Source: Bacteroidota bacterium (GTDB lineage Bacteria; Bacteroidota; Ignavibacteria; Ignavibacteriales; Ignavibacteriaceae). From it: 64,000 bases of DNA. Below the pieces are notes generated by a model, which saw only the letters and a program-made list of their open reading frames with translations, did no database searches and was not told where the DNA came from. The DNA lies in contig JAIUOE010000014.1 in NCBI GenBank assembly GCA_020161395.1, positions 18,746-82,745 of the forward strand, given 5' to 3'. Position 1 is the first letter of the stretch; each line of letters opens with the position of its first letter. Below, piece after piece: positions 19,960-27,922 of this stretch. The position numbers and the translations under genes are program-made.

Positions 19960-21909
19960 CTATTTCTCCCACACCCTGATCGGAAGTACCGTCATAGGTA
20001 TTCCTTGGAGAGTGAGTCGTTTTTGAATCGAAGCACCAGTTTCGTTGTGGAGCAGTCTTTGATAGAATTTCTCTTTCTCGAATACAAGTTTGCCGCTGAA
20101 GAATGAGGCAAGAGGGAAATCTTCGGCAACCTTTAGACAAAGCTTTGAACCTTCATCCGCGACATCGGTACCGACAGAAATTCGTGATTCGGCTACCAGT
20201 CCAAGCTCATTCGCAAATTTGATGTATTTGTCAACATTAGCCTGTGTGTATTTCCTGATGTTCTCCATTTCGTCACTCCCCTTAAAAACACCCGAATCGA
20301 TAACACCGACTGATACAAATAGAATCTGTTTGTAAAATTTCGGGAATTTTTTTAACAATTGCAGTATCGAGTGTATTCCCAATCCGCCATAACCTGAAAC
20401 CAGGAGCACCGCAACAGGTTCATTTTTATCGATGGTTTTTGAAGCGGTTTCTTTCGATTTATCGTCTGCAACTGGAATATCCAACAGTATCTCCGAGAGA
20501 CCCCTTACCTTTTTCATGACTTTGAAGTAATGTCGCTTTATTAATGCACAGAACAGTACGAGTCCCATGGTAATGATCACAGTTAACCACGCGCCATCGA
20601 GGAATTTCTCCACAACAACAATTGTAAGAATCGAGAAACAGAGTATGAATGCAACGATGTGAATTGTGAGATTTTTCTTCCAGTGAGGAAGCGAACCCTT
20701 CTTCTTGATCCAAAACAGGGTCATTCCAAGTTGCGTCAAAGAAAAAGTTACAAATACATTTATAGAGTACATTGTAACCAATGCATCAACACTTCCGTCA
20801 GTGTACCAGAGAATAAGCAGAGCTGCAGTCCCGATCAGAATGATGCCATCCTGCATGGTCAGACGGTCGGAAAGTGAGCTGAATCTGTGAGGCAACCACG
20901 AATCTATCGCCATGTTAGCCATTACTCTCGGACCATCAATAAATCCCGTCTGTGCAGCCACAAAAAGAAGAAGTGCCTCCGCAACGAGGGTGAGTATCAC
21001 AAACCAAGTGCCAATTCCCATCGATTCGATCATTACGGCATTGAGTGTTTTCCCCTCAACCGTTTTAACGCCTGCGAGAAGATAAATAATAAGTATGGCT
21101 GACGCAGTAAATGCGAGCGAACCTGCCATATAAAACATCGTTCTTTTGGCTGTTTTTACTTTGGGCTCACGCATAATCTGGATACCGTTCGAAACAGCTT
21201 CAATTCCGGTATATGTACCTGCACCCCTGGAATATGCATTTGCGAACAACAGAAACATTCCTCCGATACCGAGGGTGGTTGAACTTTCATTGAAGTCTTT
21301 CACCACATCACCGGCTGTGGAAGCGATGTTGTCAATGTGAATAAAGAAAGATCCGAAGATTACCACAATGTGGGTGACAACAAATAGGAGAAAGATGGGG
21401 ACGAGTATGGAAATTGATTCTTTTACTCCTCTTAAATTCATCAATATCAGAATTACAATTACCACTGAGTTTACATAAACGATATTGTAATGCCATTCTA
21501 ACGGAAGGAAACTGAAAACCTGGGATGTCCCTGAGGCTATTGAAACCGTAATGGTGAGAATATAATCCACTATCAGGGCACTTCCCGATATTACACCGAA
21601 CGAACTTCCTAACAGTTTGGTGGCGACTACATAACCACCTCCACCGTGAGGGAAATGTTCAATAATTTTGGTATAGGAATACGATATTATTATTACTGTA
21701 ACTGCTGTTGCAACAGCTAGAAATATCGCAATGCTTGTATGGCCCCCCAAAGCTCTGAAAGCTTCATCGGGTCCATAGGCAGATGAACTTAATCCGTCCG
21801 CTCCCAACCCTACCCATGCAAGAAATGCTGCCAACGATATTTTATGGAAAATATCAGGATTGTTGAGATCCTGAGGCTTTCCCAACAGGAGATTTTTTAT
21901 TTGTTTCAT
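19960..21909 (-). CDS. APC-superfamily amino acid/polyamine permease with ~200-aa cytoplasmic C-terminal domain
   Basis: About 12 TM segments with an APC-type N-terminal region (GADGLSSSAYGPDEA). The soluble C-terminal extension is of unrecognised family. Confidence 0.75.
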   Translation of the reverse strand: MKQIKNLLLGKPQDLNNPDIFHKISLAAFLAWVGLGADGLSSSAYGPDEAFRALGGHTSIAIFLAVATAVTVIIISYSYTKIIEHFPHGGGGYVVATKLLGSSFGVISGSALIVDYILTITVSIASGTSQVFSFLPLEWHYNIVYVNSVVIVILILMNLRGVKESISILVPIFLLFVVTHIVVIFGSFFIHIDNIASTAGDVVKDFNESSTTLGIGGMFLLFANAYSRGAGTYTGIEAVSNGIQIMREPKVKTAKRTMFYMAGSLAFTASAILIIYLLAGVKTVEGKTLNAVMIESMGIGTWFVILTLVAEALLLFVAAQTGFIDGPRVMANMAIDSWLPHRFSSLSDRLTMQDGIILIGTAALLILWYTDGSVDALVTMYSINVFVTFSLTQLGMTLFWIKKKGSLPHWKKNLTIHIVAFILCFSILTIVVVEKFLDGAWLTVIITMGLVLFCALIKRHYFKVMKKVRGLSEILLDIPVADDKSKETASKTIDKNEPVAVLLVSGYGGLGIHSILQLLKKFPKFYKQILFVSVGVIDSGVFKGSDEMENIRKYTQANVDKYIKFANELGLVAESRISVGTDVADEGSKLCLKVAEDFPLASFFSGKLVFEKEKFYQRLLHNETGASIQKRLTLQGIPMTVLPIRVWEK

Positions 21910-22025
21910 ATCTCAAATGACTATATTTACGAATATAACAGGCTGCAAATTGAAACTCTCCCGAAGTATCACTGATTTGCACAATTTATCGTAAAAACGG
22001 GTCTCGATTAAAAAGCCGTCTCACA

Positions 22026-23387
22026 TCAGTTTGTCAAACTTCTAACAGGAGCGGGTATCCTTCCACCTCTCCCGAAGAAAACATCGGCGCTTAAAACCTT
22101 CACGGGCATTATCGGGGCTTTACCCAGCAATCCACCGTAATCAACCGACTCACCGACACTTTTGCCATAAGCCGGTATAAGCCGGCAGGCAGTCGTTTTT
22201 TCATTTATCAAACCGATGGCTGCCTCATCTGCTATGATTCCTGCAATGGTGTTCACAGGTGTATCACCGGGAATAGCGACCATGTCGAGTCCAACTGAAC
22301 AAACTGCTGTCATCGCTTCAAGTTTTTCGATAGTCAGATGTCCCTTTTCGGCAGCAGAAATCATCCCCTGGTCTTCACTCACAGGAATAAAAGCTCCGCT
22401 CAATCCGCCAACGGAAGAACTTGCCATAAGTCCCCCCTTTTTCACACTGTCATTCAGCATGGCGAGTGCTGCGGTGGTTCCGGGGGCACCGACATCTTCC
22501 AAACCGATCTCTTTCAGAATATCTGCAATACTGTCACCTTCTGCAGGAGTTGGTGCAAGGGAAATATCGACAATACCAAATTCCACACCATCTTTTTCAG
22601 CAACTTTTCTCCCGACCAGTTCACCGGCACGCGTAATTTTGAAGGCTGTTTTCTTGATAACTTCTGCGATATCCTGAATTGAAGCCCCTTTGTGTCCCTT
22701 TAGTGCCTCAAGAACCACTCCGGGACCACTTACTCCGACATTTAGTGTTGCATCTCCTTCGGTTATTCCATGGAATGCACCCGCAATGAAAGGATTGTCT
22801 TCAACCGCATTGCAGAAAACCACAAGCTTTGCACAGCCAATCGAGAATTTTTCTCTCGTTATGTAAGCCGTCTCTTTAATCACCTGTGCCATCAGTTTTA
22901 CGGCGTCGATATTGATTCCGGCTTTTGTTGACCCGATATTAACGCTCGAGCATACTTTTTTTGTGGTCGCAAGTGCCTGTGGAATGGATAGAATGAAATT
23001 TTTCTCACCCGGAGTCATCCCTTTCTGAACCAAAGCAGAATATCCGCCGATGTAATCGATCCCTATCTCCATAGCAGCCCTGTCCATAGCTTCTGCTATC
23101 TTCACATACTCTTCAGATGAAAAACTGTCACCAATAAAAGAAACGGGAGTAACCGCCACCCTCTTGTTTGCAATCCTCAACCCATAGGCAGCTTCGACCG
23201 ATTCGGCATTCCTCACATGATTCCCTGCCAGACGGGTAATCTTTTCATAAATCTTTTGTGTAACCACATTGATGTTCCTGTCGCTGCAGTCCCTCAAATT
23301 GATACCCATAGTGACAGTCCTGATGTCGAAATGTTCGACCTCACTCATCATGATGGTTTCTAATATCTCAGAAAATTCAAAATTCAT
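22026..23387 (-). CDS. UPF0210 / PFL-family (DUF711) protein
   Basis: The N-terminus [27 protein letters not shown] and the ~450-aa length are characteristic of UPF0210. It is paired with an upstream ACT gene, as in many genomes. Confidence 0.8.
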   Translation of the reverse strand: MNFEFSEILETIMMSEVEHFDIRTVTMGINLRDCSDRNINVVTQKIYEKITRLAGNHVRNAESVEAAYGLRIANKRVAVTPVSFIGDSFSSEEYVKIAEAMDRAAMEIGIDYIGGYSALVQKGMTPGEKNFILSIPQALATTKKVCSSVNIGSTKAGINIDAVKLMAQVIKETAYITREKFSIGCAKLVVFCNAVEDNPFIAGAFHGITEGDATLNVGVSGPGVVLEALKGHKGASIQDIAEVIKKTAFKITRAGELVGRKVAEKDGVEFGIVDISLAPTPAEGDSIADILKEIGLEDVGAPGTTAALAMLNDSVKKGGLMASSSVGGLSGAFIPVSEDQGMISAAEKGHLTIEKLEAMTAVCSVGLDMVAIPGDTPVNTIAGIIADEAAIGLINEKTTACRLIPAYGKSVGESVDYGGLLGKAPIMPVKVLSADVFFGRGGRIPAPVRSLTN

Positions 23388-23468
23388 TCTAATTCCATTC
23401 GTTTATAACTCTTCAAAATTTTTTCCTGCATCCCCTCAGCCTTCAAATTTCAGCCCTCAACTAATAGT

Positions 23469-23492
23469 TCATACCTAATACCTAATACCTAA
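23469..23492 (-). repeat. (TAGGTAT)x3-GA element, copy 1
   Basis: The minus strand reads TAGGTATTAGGTATTAGGTATGA. The first TAG is the stop codon of the ACT-domain gene. It is identical to the copy at 25970-25992. Confidence 0.9.
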
Positions 23493-23908
23493 ATCCTGAA
23501 CATATACTGAAAAATATCCTCGTGCTGGGCATAGATTTTCACATTAAGTTCGGCTGCAACTTTGGCAAGCTCCTCCTGAATTTCCTTCAGGTTTTTCGGC
23601 GAACTGGTGATGTCAATGATCATGATAAGAGTATAGAAATTTTGCATGATCTTCTGTGAAATATCCTGGAGATCTATTTCCATGGATGCGAGAGAGCCGG
23701 TAATTTTGGCAACAATTCCGGGTTTGTTCACTCCAAAAGAAGTAACTATTACCCTTCCCTCAAATTTTTCCTGAGAGCCGGGCGCTACATTCATAGAAGC
23801 AATTTCTTTTTCAACATAATCTCTTACCATATCGGGACTCGCATTTGCGCCCAATACATCTATTGCCTTGTTGGTTATTTCCCAAATCAACTGTTCTGAA
23901 ATCTTCAA
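23489..23908 (-). CDS. ACT domain-containing protein (UPF0237-like) with N-terminal extension
   Basis: ACT fold signature RVIVTSFGVNKPGIVAKITGSLASMEIDLQDISQ. It lies upstream of the UPF0210 gene. Confidence 0.7.
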   Translation of the reverse strand: MKISEQLIWEITNKAIDVLGANASPDMVRDYVEKEIASMNVAPGSQEKFEGRVIVTSFGVNKPGIVAKITGSLASMEIDLQDISQKIMQNFYTLIMIIDITSSPKNLKEIQEELAKVAAELNVKIYAQHEDIFQYMFRI

Positions 23909-24744
23909 GGTTTTAGTCCTCTGTAATTAAATTGTAAAAATCGTAAATTCTCATTTTTTATTTCAAGGTTTCGGCGGTTTATATAATCAATTGTGTTCGA
24001 AATGTTGCCTCTGTAAAAACGAAACAGCACAAAATTGGCTTCAATAAGTGCATCGAAAAATCGCTCTGCCTTAAGGGCATCAACCACAAGATATACCCCA
24101 AATGCCACCCACCCCAATGAAAGGGCAGCATTTATATATTCACCGGCATACGCCTGACCTGCTCCCGGAATCAGAACCGAGAGAAGCAATCCCTTCGTTA
24201 GAGAAAGACTCCTCTCCTCCGCTGAATCACACAAAGCTGTCAAAAAACCTGATGAATCCGACAGTTCGAAGTGGTGCTTCGCCTCCTGCCAGTTACCCTC
24301 AAAAGCAAACCGCCACCCTTTCCAGTGCAGGAACGCGCTTTTTTTATCCGGGAAAACCTTTTCAAGAACGGCTATTCTGTCATCAAATTTTTTGAATTTT
24401 CTTTCCAGAATCAGCAACCTGAGTATTTCCTGCTCCGCTGAAATTGACTCATCCCTGTTCTTCCCGGCAACAGCCGCCATCTCAAAGGCGACTTTAGCTT
24501 CGGAGTATCTGCCCGTTGCTCTCAAAGCATACCCGGATATCATGTTTGATTCGAATCCAAACCGTCCGGAAGTGTCAAACAATTTTAATCTCTCGGCTTC
24601 GATGTATGCTTCAAGATATTTTTCAACCTTTAGCAGCGAATCGGCATAACCAAGTTGGCTTGCAAAATCGTTTGCCTGCCCATTTGTTACTTTTGACAAT
24701 GTCAAAAATAACAAGAATTGAAGAAACAATGACCTTAAAATCAC
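23905..24744 (-). CDS. secreted TPR-like protein with C-terminal membrane hairpin (paralogue A)
   Basis: Signal peptide, TPR-like helices, then LLLSVLIPGAGQAYAGEYINAALSLGWVAFGVYLVV. It overlaps both neighbouring genes by 4 nt. Confidence 0.5.
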   Translation of the reverse strand: MILRSLFLQFLLFLTLSKVTNGQANDFASQLGYADSLLKVEKYLEAYIEAERLKLFDTSGRFGFESNMISGYALRATGRYSEAKVAFEMAAVAGKNRDESISAEQEILRLLILERKFKKFDDRIAVLEKVFPDKKSAFLHWKGWRFAFEGNWQEAKHHFELSDSSGFLTALCDSAEERSLSLTKGLLLSVLIPGAGQAYAGEYINAALSLGWVAFGVYLVVDALKAERFFDALIEANFVLFRFYRGNISNTIDYINRRNLEIKNENLRFLQFNYRGLKP

Positions 24745-25565
24745 TCTCTCTCCAGAATCTTTTCCGCCGGTTTCAACGGTTTTTTACCGTAGTAGAAGTC
24801 AAAAAACTCCTTTTCCCTCATTTCCTTCTCATTCTGATTATATAAAGAAGCCGACACTATTGACCCGTAGATATTGCCGCCCTGGAAAAAGGCGGTAATC
24901 AAACCGAAAATAAATCCCCGCTGCATATATCCGTCTTTGAAATTTGAGTATGTCAGATATCCAAAAATACCGGTCAGAAGAAGACTCGCGGCGGCATCTC
25001 CGTATTCTCCGGTATAAACCCGACCCAAACCCGGGACAATTGCTGACAAAATTCCGGTAAACAAGGGTGATTTCGTTTTTGGGTCAATCCTTCGTTCAAG
25101 GTTGCTCAAGAGGAAATTTGACCCGTCCTCCCCAAACAGGTAAATGTTGTTCCTGTCCTCCTCATCAAAAATCCCCCGCTGAATATCAGTGAGAATCTTC
25201 AACTTCAAATAGTTTATCGAAAGGGAGCTGTCATTTACGATCTCAGGCAGTTTTACAGTTGTCCCGGCTCTGCCAGCCTCAAATTTCTCTTTATCGATGG
25301 CGTATGTTAAATGCGCCCTGAACGGCGACAAAAAATGTGAATCGTATTCACCCCGCTTAATCCGGGATAAATCGATGTAAAATTTTGAGGTGTCATTAAA
25401 AGAAGGAGTGGTTGAAAGCCGGTTAAATTCAATCTCCGCCTTGTCATAAAAGCCAAGGTCAAAAAGATGTTTGCTGAATTTATAAATGTTTTCAGGAGTG
25501 TGAAGCGAATTTTGTGCACAAACGGGAAATATCAGCAAAAAGAGCAGAATCGCTAATTTATTCAA
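24741..25565 (-). CDS. secreted TPR-like protein with C-terminal membrane hairpin (paralogue B)
   Basis: Signal peptide MNKLAILLFLLIFPVCAQ. C-terminal ILSAIVPGLGRVYTGEYGDAAASLLLTGIFGYLTY is clearly homologous to the block in paralogue A. Confidence 0.5.
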   Translation of the reverse strand: MNKLAILLFLLIFPVCAQNSLHTPENIYKFSKHLFDLGFYDKAEIEFNRLSTTPSFNDTSKFYIDLSRIKRGEYDSHFLSPFRAHLTYAIDKEKFEAGRAGTTVKLPEIVNDSSLSINYLKLKILTDIQRGIFDEEDRNNIYLFGEDGSNFLLSNLERRIDPKTKSPLFTGILSAIVPGLGRVYTGEYGDAAASLLLTGIFGYLTYSNFKDGYMQRGFIFGLITAFFQGGNIYGSIVSASLYNQNEKEMREKEFFDFYYGKKPLKPAEKILERE

Positions 25566-25566
25566 T

Positions 25567-25959
25567 TTATTTCCGTTTTATGTAACGGGATGGGGGGTCA
25601 ATCAGGTAACCATATTTGTCAATGTGGTAATGCTTGTATTTATTGTCGAAACTTGTGTCCCTGATCAACCTGTCGGATGTCAACAACACAGCCTCAACTA
25701 TATTTGTTTCTCCGAGTGCCTCGACAAAAAACCTTGAACAACTCGGGGAAAAGGGACAATTCTCGCCATCAGGTTCCGAAATAAAAAGGCGATATCCATT
25801 TACCAAAACTCTAAACACAACTTCAGGAACATCGCCTTTTATTTCATAATATTTCTTCTTTACAGGTATCTCTTCGGCATAATCAACCCTGACCGCCTCC
25901 CATGACTGCCCGTAAATAACTCCACAAAACAGCCAAACAAAAACTATCAGCCGGTTCAT
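25567..25959 (-). CDS. YidD-like (DUF37, membrane protein insertion efficiency factor family) protein with signal peptide and extensions
   Basis: GYRLFISEPDGENCPFSPSCSRFFVEALGE matches the YidD core Y..iSP....C.f.PtCS.y. At 130 aa it is longer than canonical YidD, and it is not next to rnpA/yidC here. Confidence 0.6.
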   Translation of the reverse strand: MNRLIVFVWLFCGVIYGQSWEAVRVDYAEEIPVKKKYYEIKGDVPEVVFRVLVNGYRLFISEPDGENCPFSPSCSRFFVEALGETNIVEAVLLTSDRLIRDTSFDNKYKHYHIDKYGYLIDPPSRYIKRK

Positions 25960-25969
25960 AAATCATAAC

Positions 25970-25992
25970 TCATACCTAATACCTAATACCTA
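25970..25992 (-). repeat. (TAGGTAT)x3-GA element, copy 2
   Basis: The minus strand reads TAGGTATTAGGTATTAGGTATGA. The first TAG is the stop codon of the acyl-CoA dehydrogenase gene. The element ends 10 nt before the YidD-like start codon. Confidence 0.9.
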
Positions 25993-27129
25993 TTTAAGCA
26001 GTTCTCTCGCAATAACCACCCGCTGAATTTCGGAAGTGCCTTCATAGATTTCGGTGATCTTGGCATCTCTGAGGTATCTTTCAACGAGGTATTCGCGAAC
26101 ATAGCCGTAACCGCCGTGAATCTGAATGGCTTCGAGAGAGCAGTCAACAGCGGCTTTAGAGGCGTAAAGTTTCGCCATTGCAGCCTGTTTTGTGTAGTCT
26201 TTTCCGGCATCCTTCAGGGCTGCAGCTTCAAGAATGAGAAGTTTTGCTGCTTCAACCTGTACCGCCATGTCAGCAATTTTGAATTGAATTGCCTGATGAT
26301 TTTTAATTTCGGTACCGAAGGCTTTTCTCTGTTTCGAATATTTGATTGATGCTTCGAGCGATGCCTCGGCTATACCGAGAGCCTGAGCTGCGATACCAAT
26401 TCTTCCGCCATTGAGGGTTTTCATTGCAAAATTGAAACCTTTCCCCTCTTCCCAGACGATGTTTTCGTGAGGGACACGGCAGTTGGTAAATGTTAGGGAA
26501 CAGGTATCTGAAGAGCGAATTCCAAGTTTGTCCTCTTTTTTCGCCTGTTCAAATCCGGGAGTTCCTTTTTCGACGAGGAAAGTCGTGATTCCTTTATGCC
26601 GCAATTCCCTGTTGGTTTGAGCCATCACGAGGTAGTAATCGGCAGTTTTTCCGTTGGTGATCCAGTTTTTAATACCGTTAATCACCCAGTGATCGCCGTC
26701 TCTCACCGCCTCGGTATGCTGATTAGTTGCGTCACTTCCCGCTTCGGGTTCAGAGAGTGCGAAGGCTCCGAGCTTTTCTCCCGTTGCGAGCGGTTTCAGG
26801 TATTTCTCCTTTATAAAATCGGAACCGTATTGCTCCAATCCCCAGCATACCAGAGAATTGTTCACTGACATAACTACACCGACACTCGCATCCACCTTCG
26901 ACACTTCAGCCATTGCAAGAACATAGCTCACGGTATCAAGTCCGGCACCACCGTATTCAGGTGACACCATCATCCCCATGAAACCAAGTTCACCAAGCTC
27001 CTTAATAATGTCATGAGGGAATTCTGCGTTAATATCCCTTTCAACAGCACTCGGAGCAATTTTTTCCTGTGCAAACTCTCTTGCAGTCTGCTGAATCATT
27101 AACTGTTCTTCAGTCAATTCAAAATTCAT
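25990..27129 (-). CDS. acyl-CoA dehydrogenase (short/butyryl-chain type)
   Basis: MNFELTEEQLMIQQTAREFA N-terminus, ALSEPEAGSD, and C-terminal QIHGGYGYVREYLVERYLRDAKITEIYEGTSEIQ. I chose the start at M10; the track ORF starts at 27156. Confidence 0.9.
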   Translation of the reverse strand: MNFELTEEQLMIQQTAREFAQEKIAPSAVERDINAEFPHDIIKELGELGFMGMMVSPEYGGAGLDTVSYVLAMAEVSKVDASVGVVMSVNNSLVCWGLEQYGSDFIKEKYLKPLATGEKLGAFALSEPEAGSDATNQHTEAVRDGDHWVINGIKNWITNGKTADYYLVMAQTNRELRHKGITTFLVEKGTPGFEQAKKEDKLGIRSSDTCSLTFTNCRVPHENIVWEEGKGFNFAMKTLNGGRIGIAAQALGIAEASLEASIKYSKQRKAFGTEIKNHQAIQFKIADMAVQVEAAKLLILEAAALKDAGKDYTKQAAMAKLYASKAAVDCSLEAIQIHGGYGYVREYLVERYLRDAKITEIYEGTSEIQRVVIARELLK

Positions 27130-27247
27130 GTAAAATCCTTTTTGTTTGATCTCCAAAAAATATCCGTCTGCAAAAATAGTAAAAAAAGGTTAGATATGGT
27201 GAGTTGCTTCCATTCTACTTCTTCCAAGAAGACAAATAGAATCGACC

Positions 27248-27922
27248 TCATCTCTCTCTGTATTTTAACAATTCCTCCACCAGCAAAAAAACAGTCGTTG
27301 ATGATTCTTTTTGAGCAGGGTTGTTATGATCGAATTTATCAATTATCTTTTTTGCTCTTTCAATAGCTTGACTTACTCTGATCTCTCCTGTGCCCGGATC
27401 AATTGAATCCAAGATTTCAAAGAAGCTTTCAGAAATCAATTTAGTTCCTTTATAATCGTATTCAACTCCCATCCGGGAAAGAAACTTAGTAATCTTCGGT
27501 CCATAATCAGTCCGGTCAAGTTTTGAGCCATTGTGGTCAAGAAAATGTAATAGCAACCAGTATTCAAATGCCTGATTTGAATACGCAACATTTATTTTGT
27601 TTCTCAGGGCAAGTTGAAAAGCCAAATTAAAATCATTATCACTGAATTCATCCTTATCAAAAACTATCCAATATTCATCAAAGTCAAAATCTTTCTTAAG
27701 TTTTATTAATTGTCTTGTTAGAGTCAACGGATCCTTACCATCGTACGAAATGGTAACATTTGCAAGCCTGAACTTTCTGAAGTAACTTGGTTCAGTGTTT
27801 TTCCCGCCACAATAAATATAGATTGTTTTCTTTTCCTGAATTGAGAAAGTTTTTCTATTATAGATTAGTTTTCTTCCGGATTTTTCAGTTTTTCCCGTAT
27901 TTTTATTCATATTAATGAACAC
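27248..27922 (-). CDS. RloB-family (Toprim-like) protein, partner of the upstream ATPase
   Basis: Three RloB hallmark blocks: IYCGGKNTEPSYF, WIVFDKDEF (acidic Toprim-like) and VAYSNQAFEYWLLLHF. Its start overlaps the ATPase gene end by 11 nt. Confidence 0.75.
   Translation of the reverse strand: MFINMNKNTGKTEKSGRKLIYNRKTFSIQEKKTIYIYCGGKNTEPSYFRKFRLANVTISYDGKDPLTLTRQLIKLKKDFDFDEYWIVFDKDEFSDNDFNLAFQLALRNKINVAYSNQAFEYWLLLHFLDHNGSKLDRTDYGPKITKFLSRMGVEYDYKGTKLISESFFEILDSIDPGTGEIRVSQAIERAKKIIDKFDHNNPAQKESSTTVFLLVEELLKYRER

Noticed and set aside
23427-23442. A second possible sigma-54 promoter upstream of the UPF0210 gene. The minus strand reads AGGCTGAGGGGATGCA, with GG and GC at consensus spacing.
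   Set aside because: Only the GG/GC dinucleotides and a few flanking bases match; TGGCAC and TTGC are both degenerate. Such matches are expected by chance, so it is not reported as a feature.
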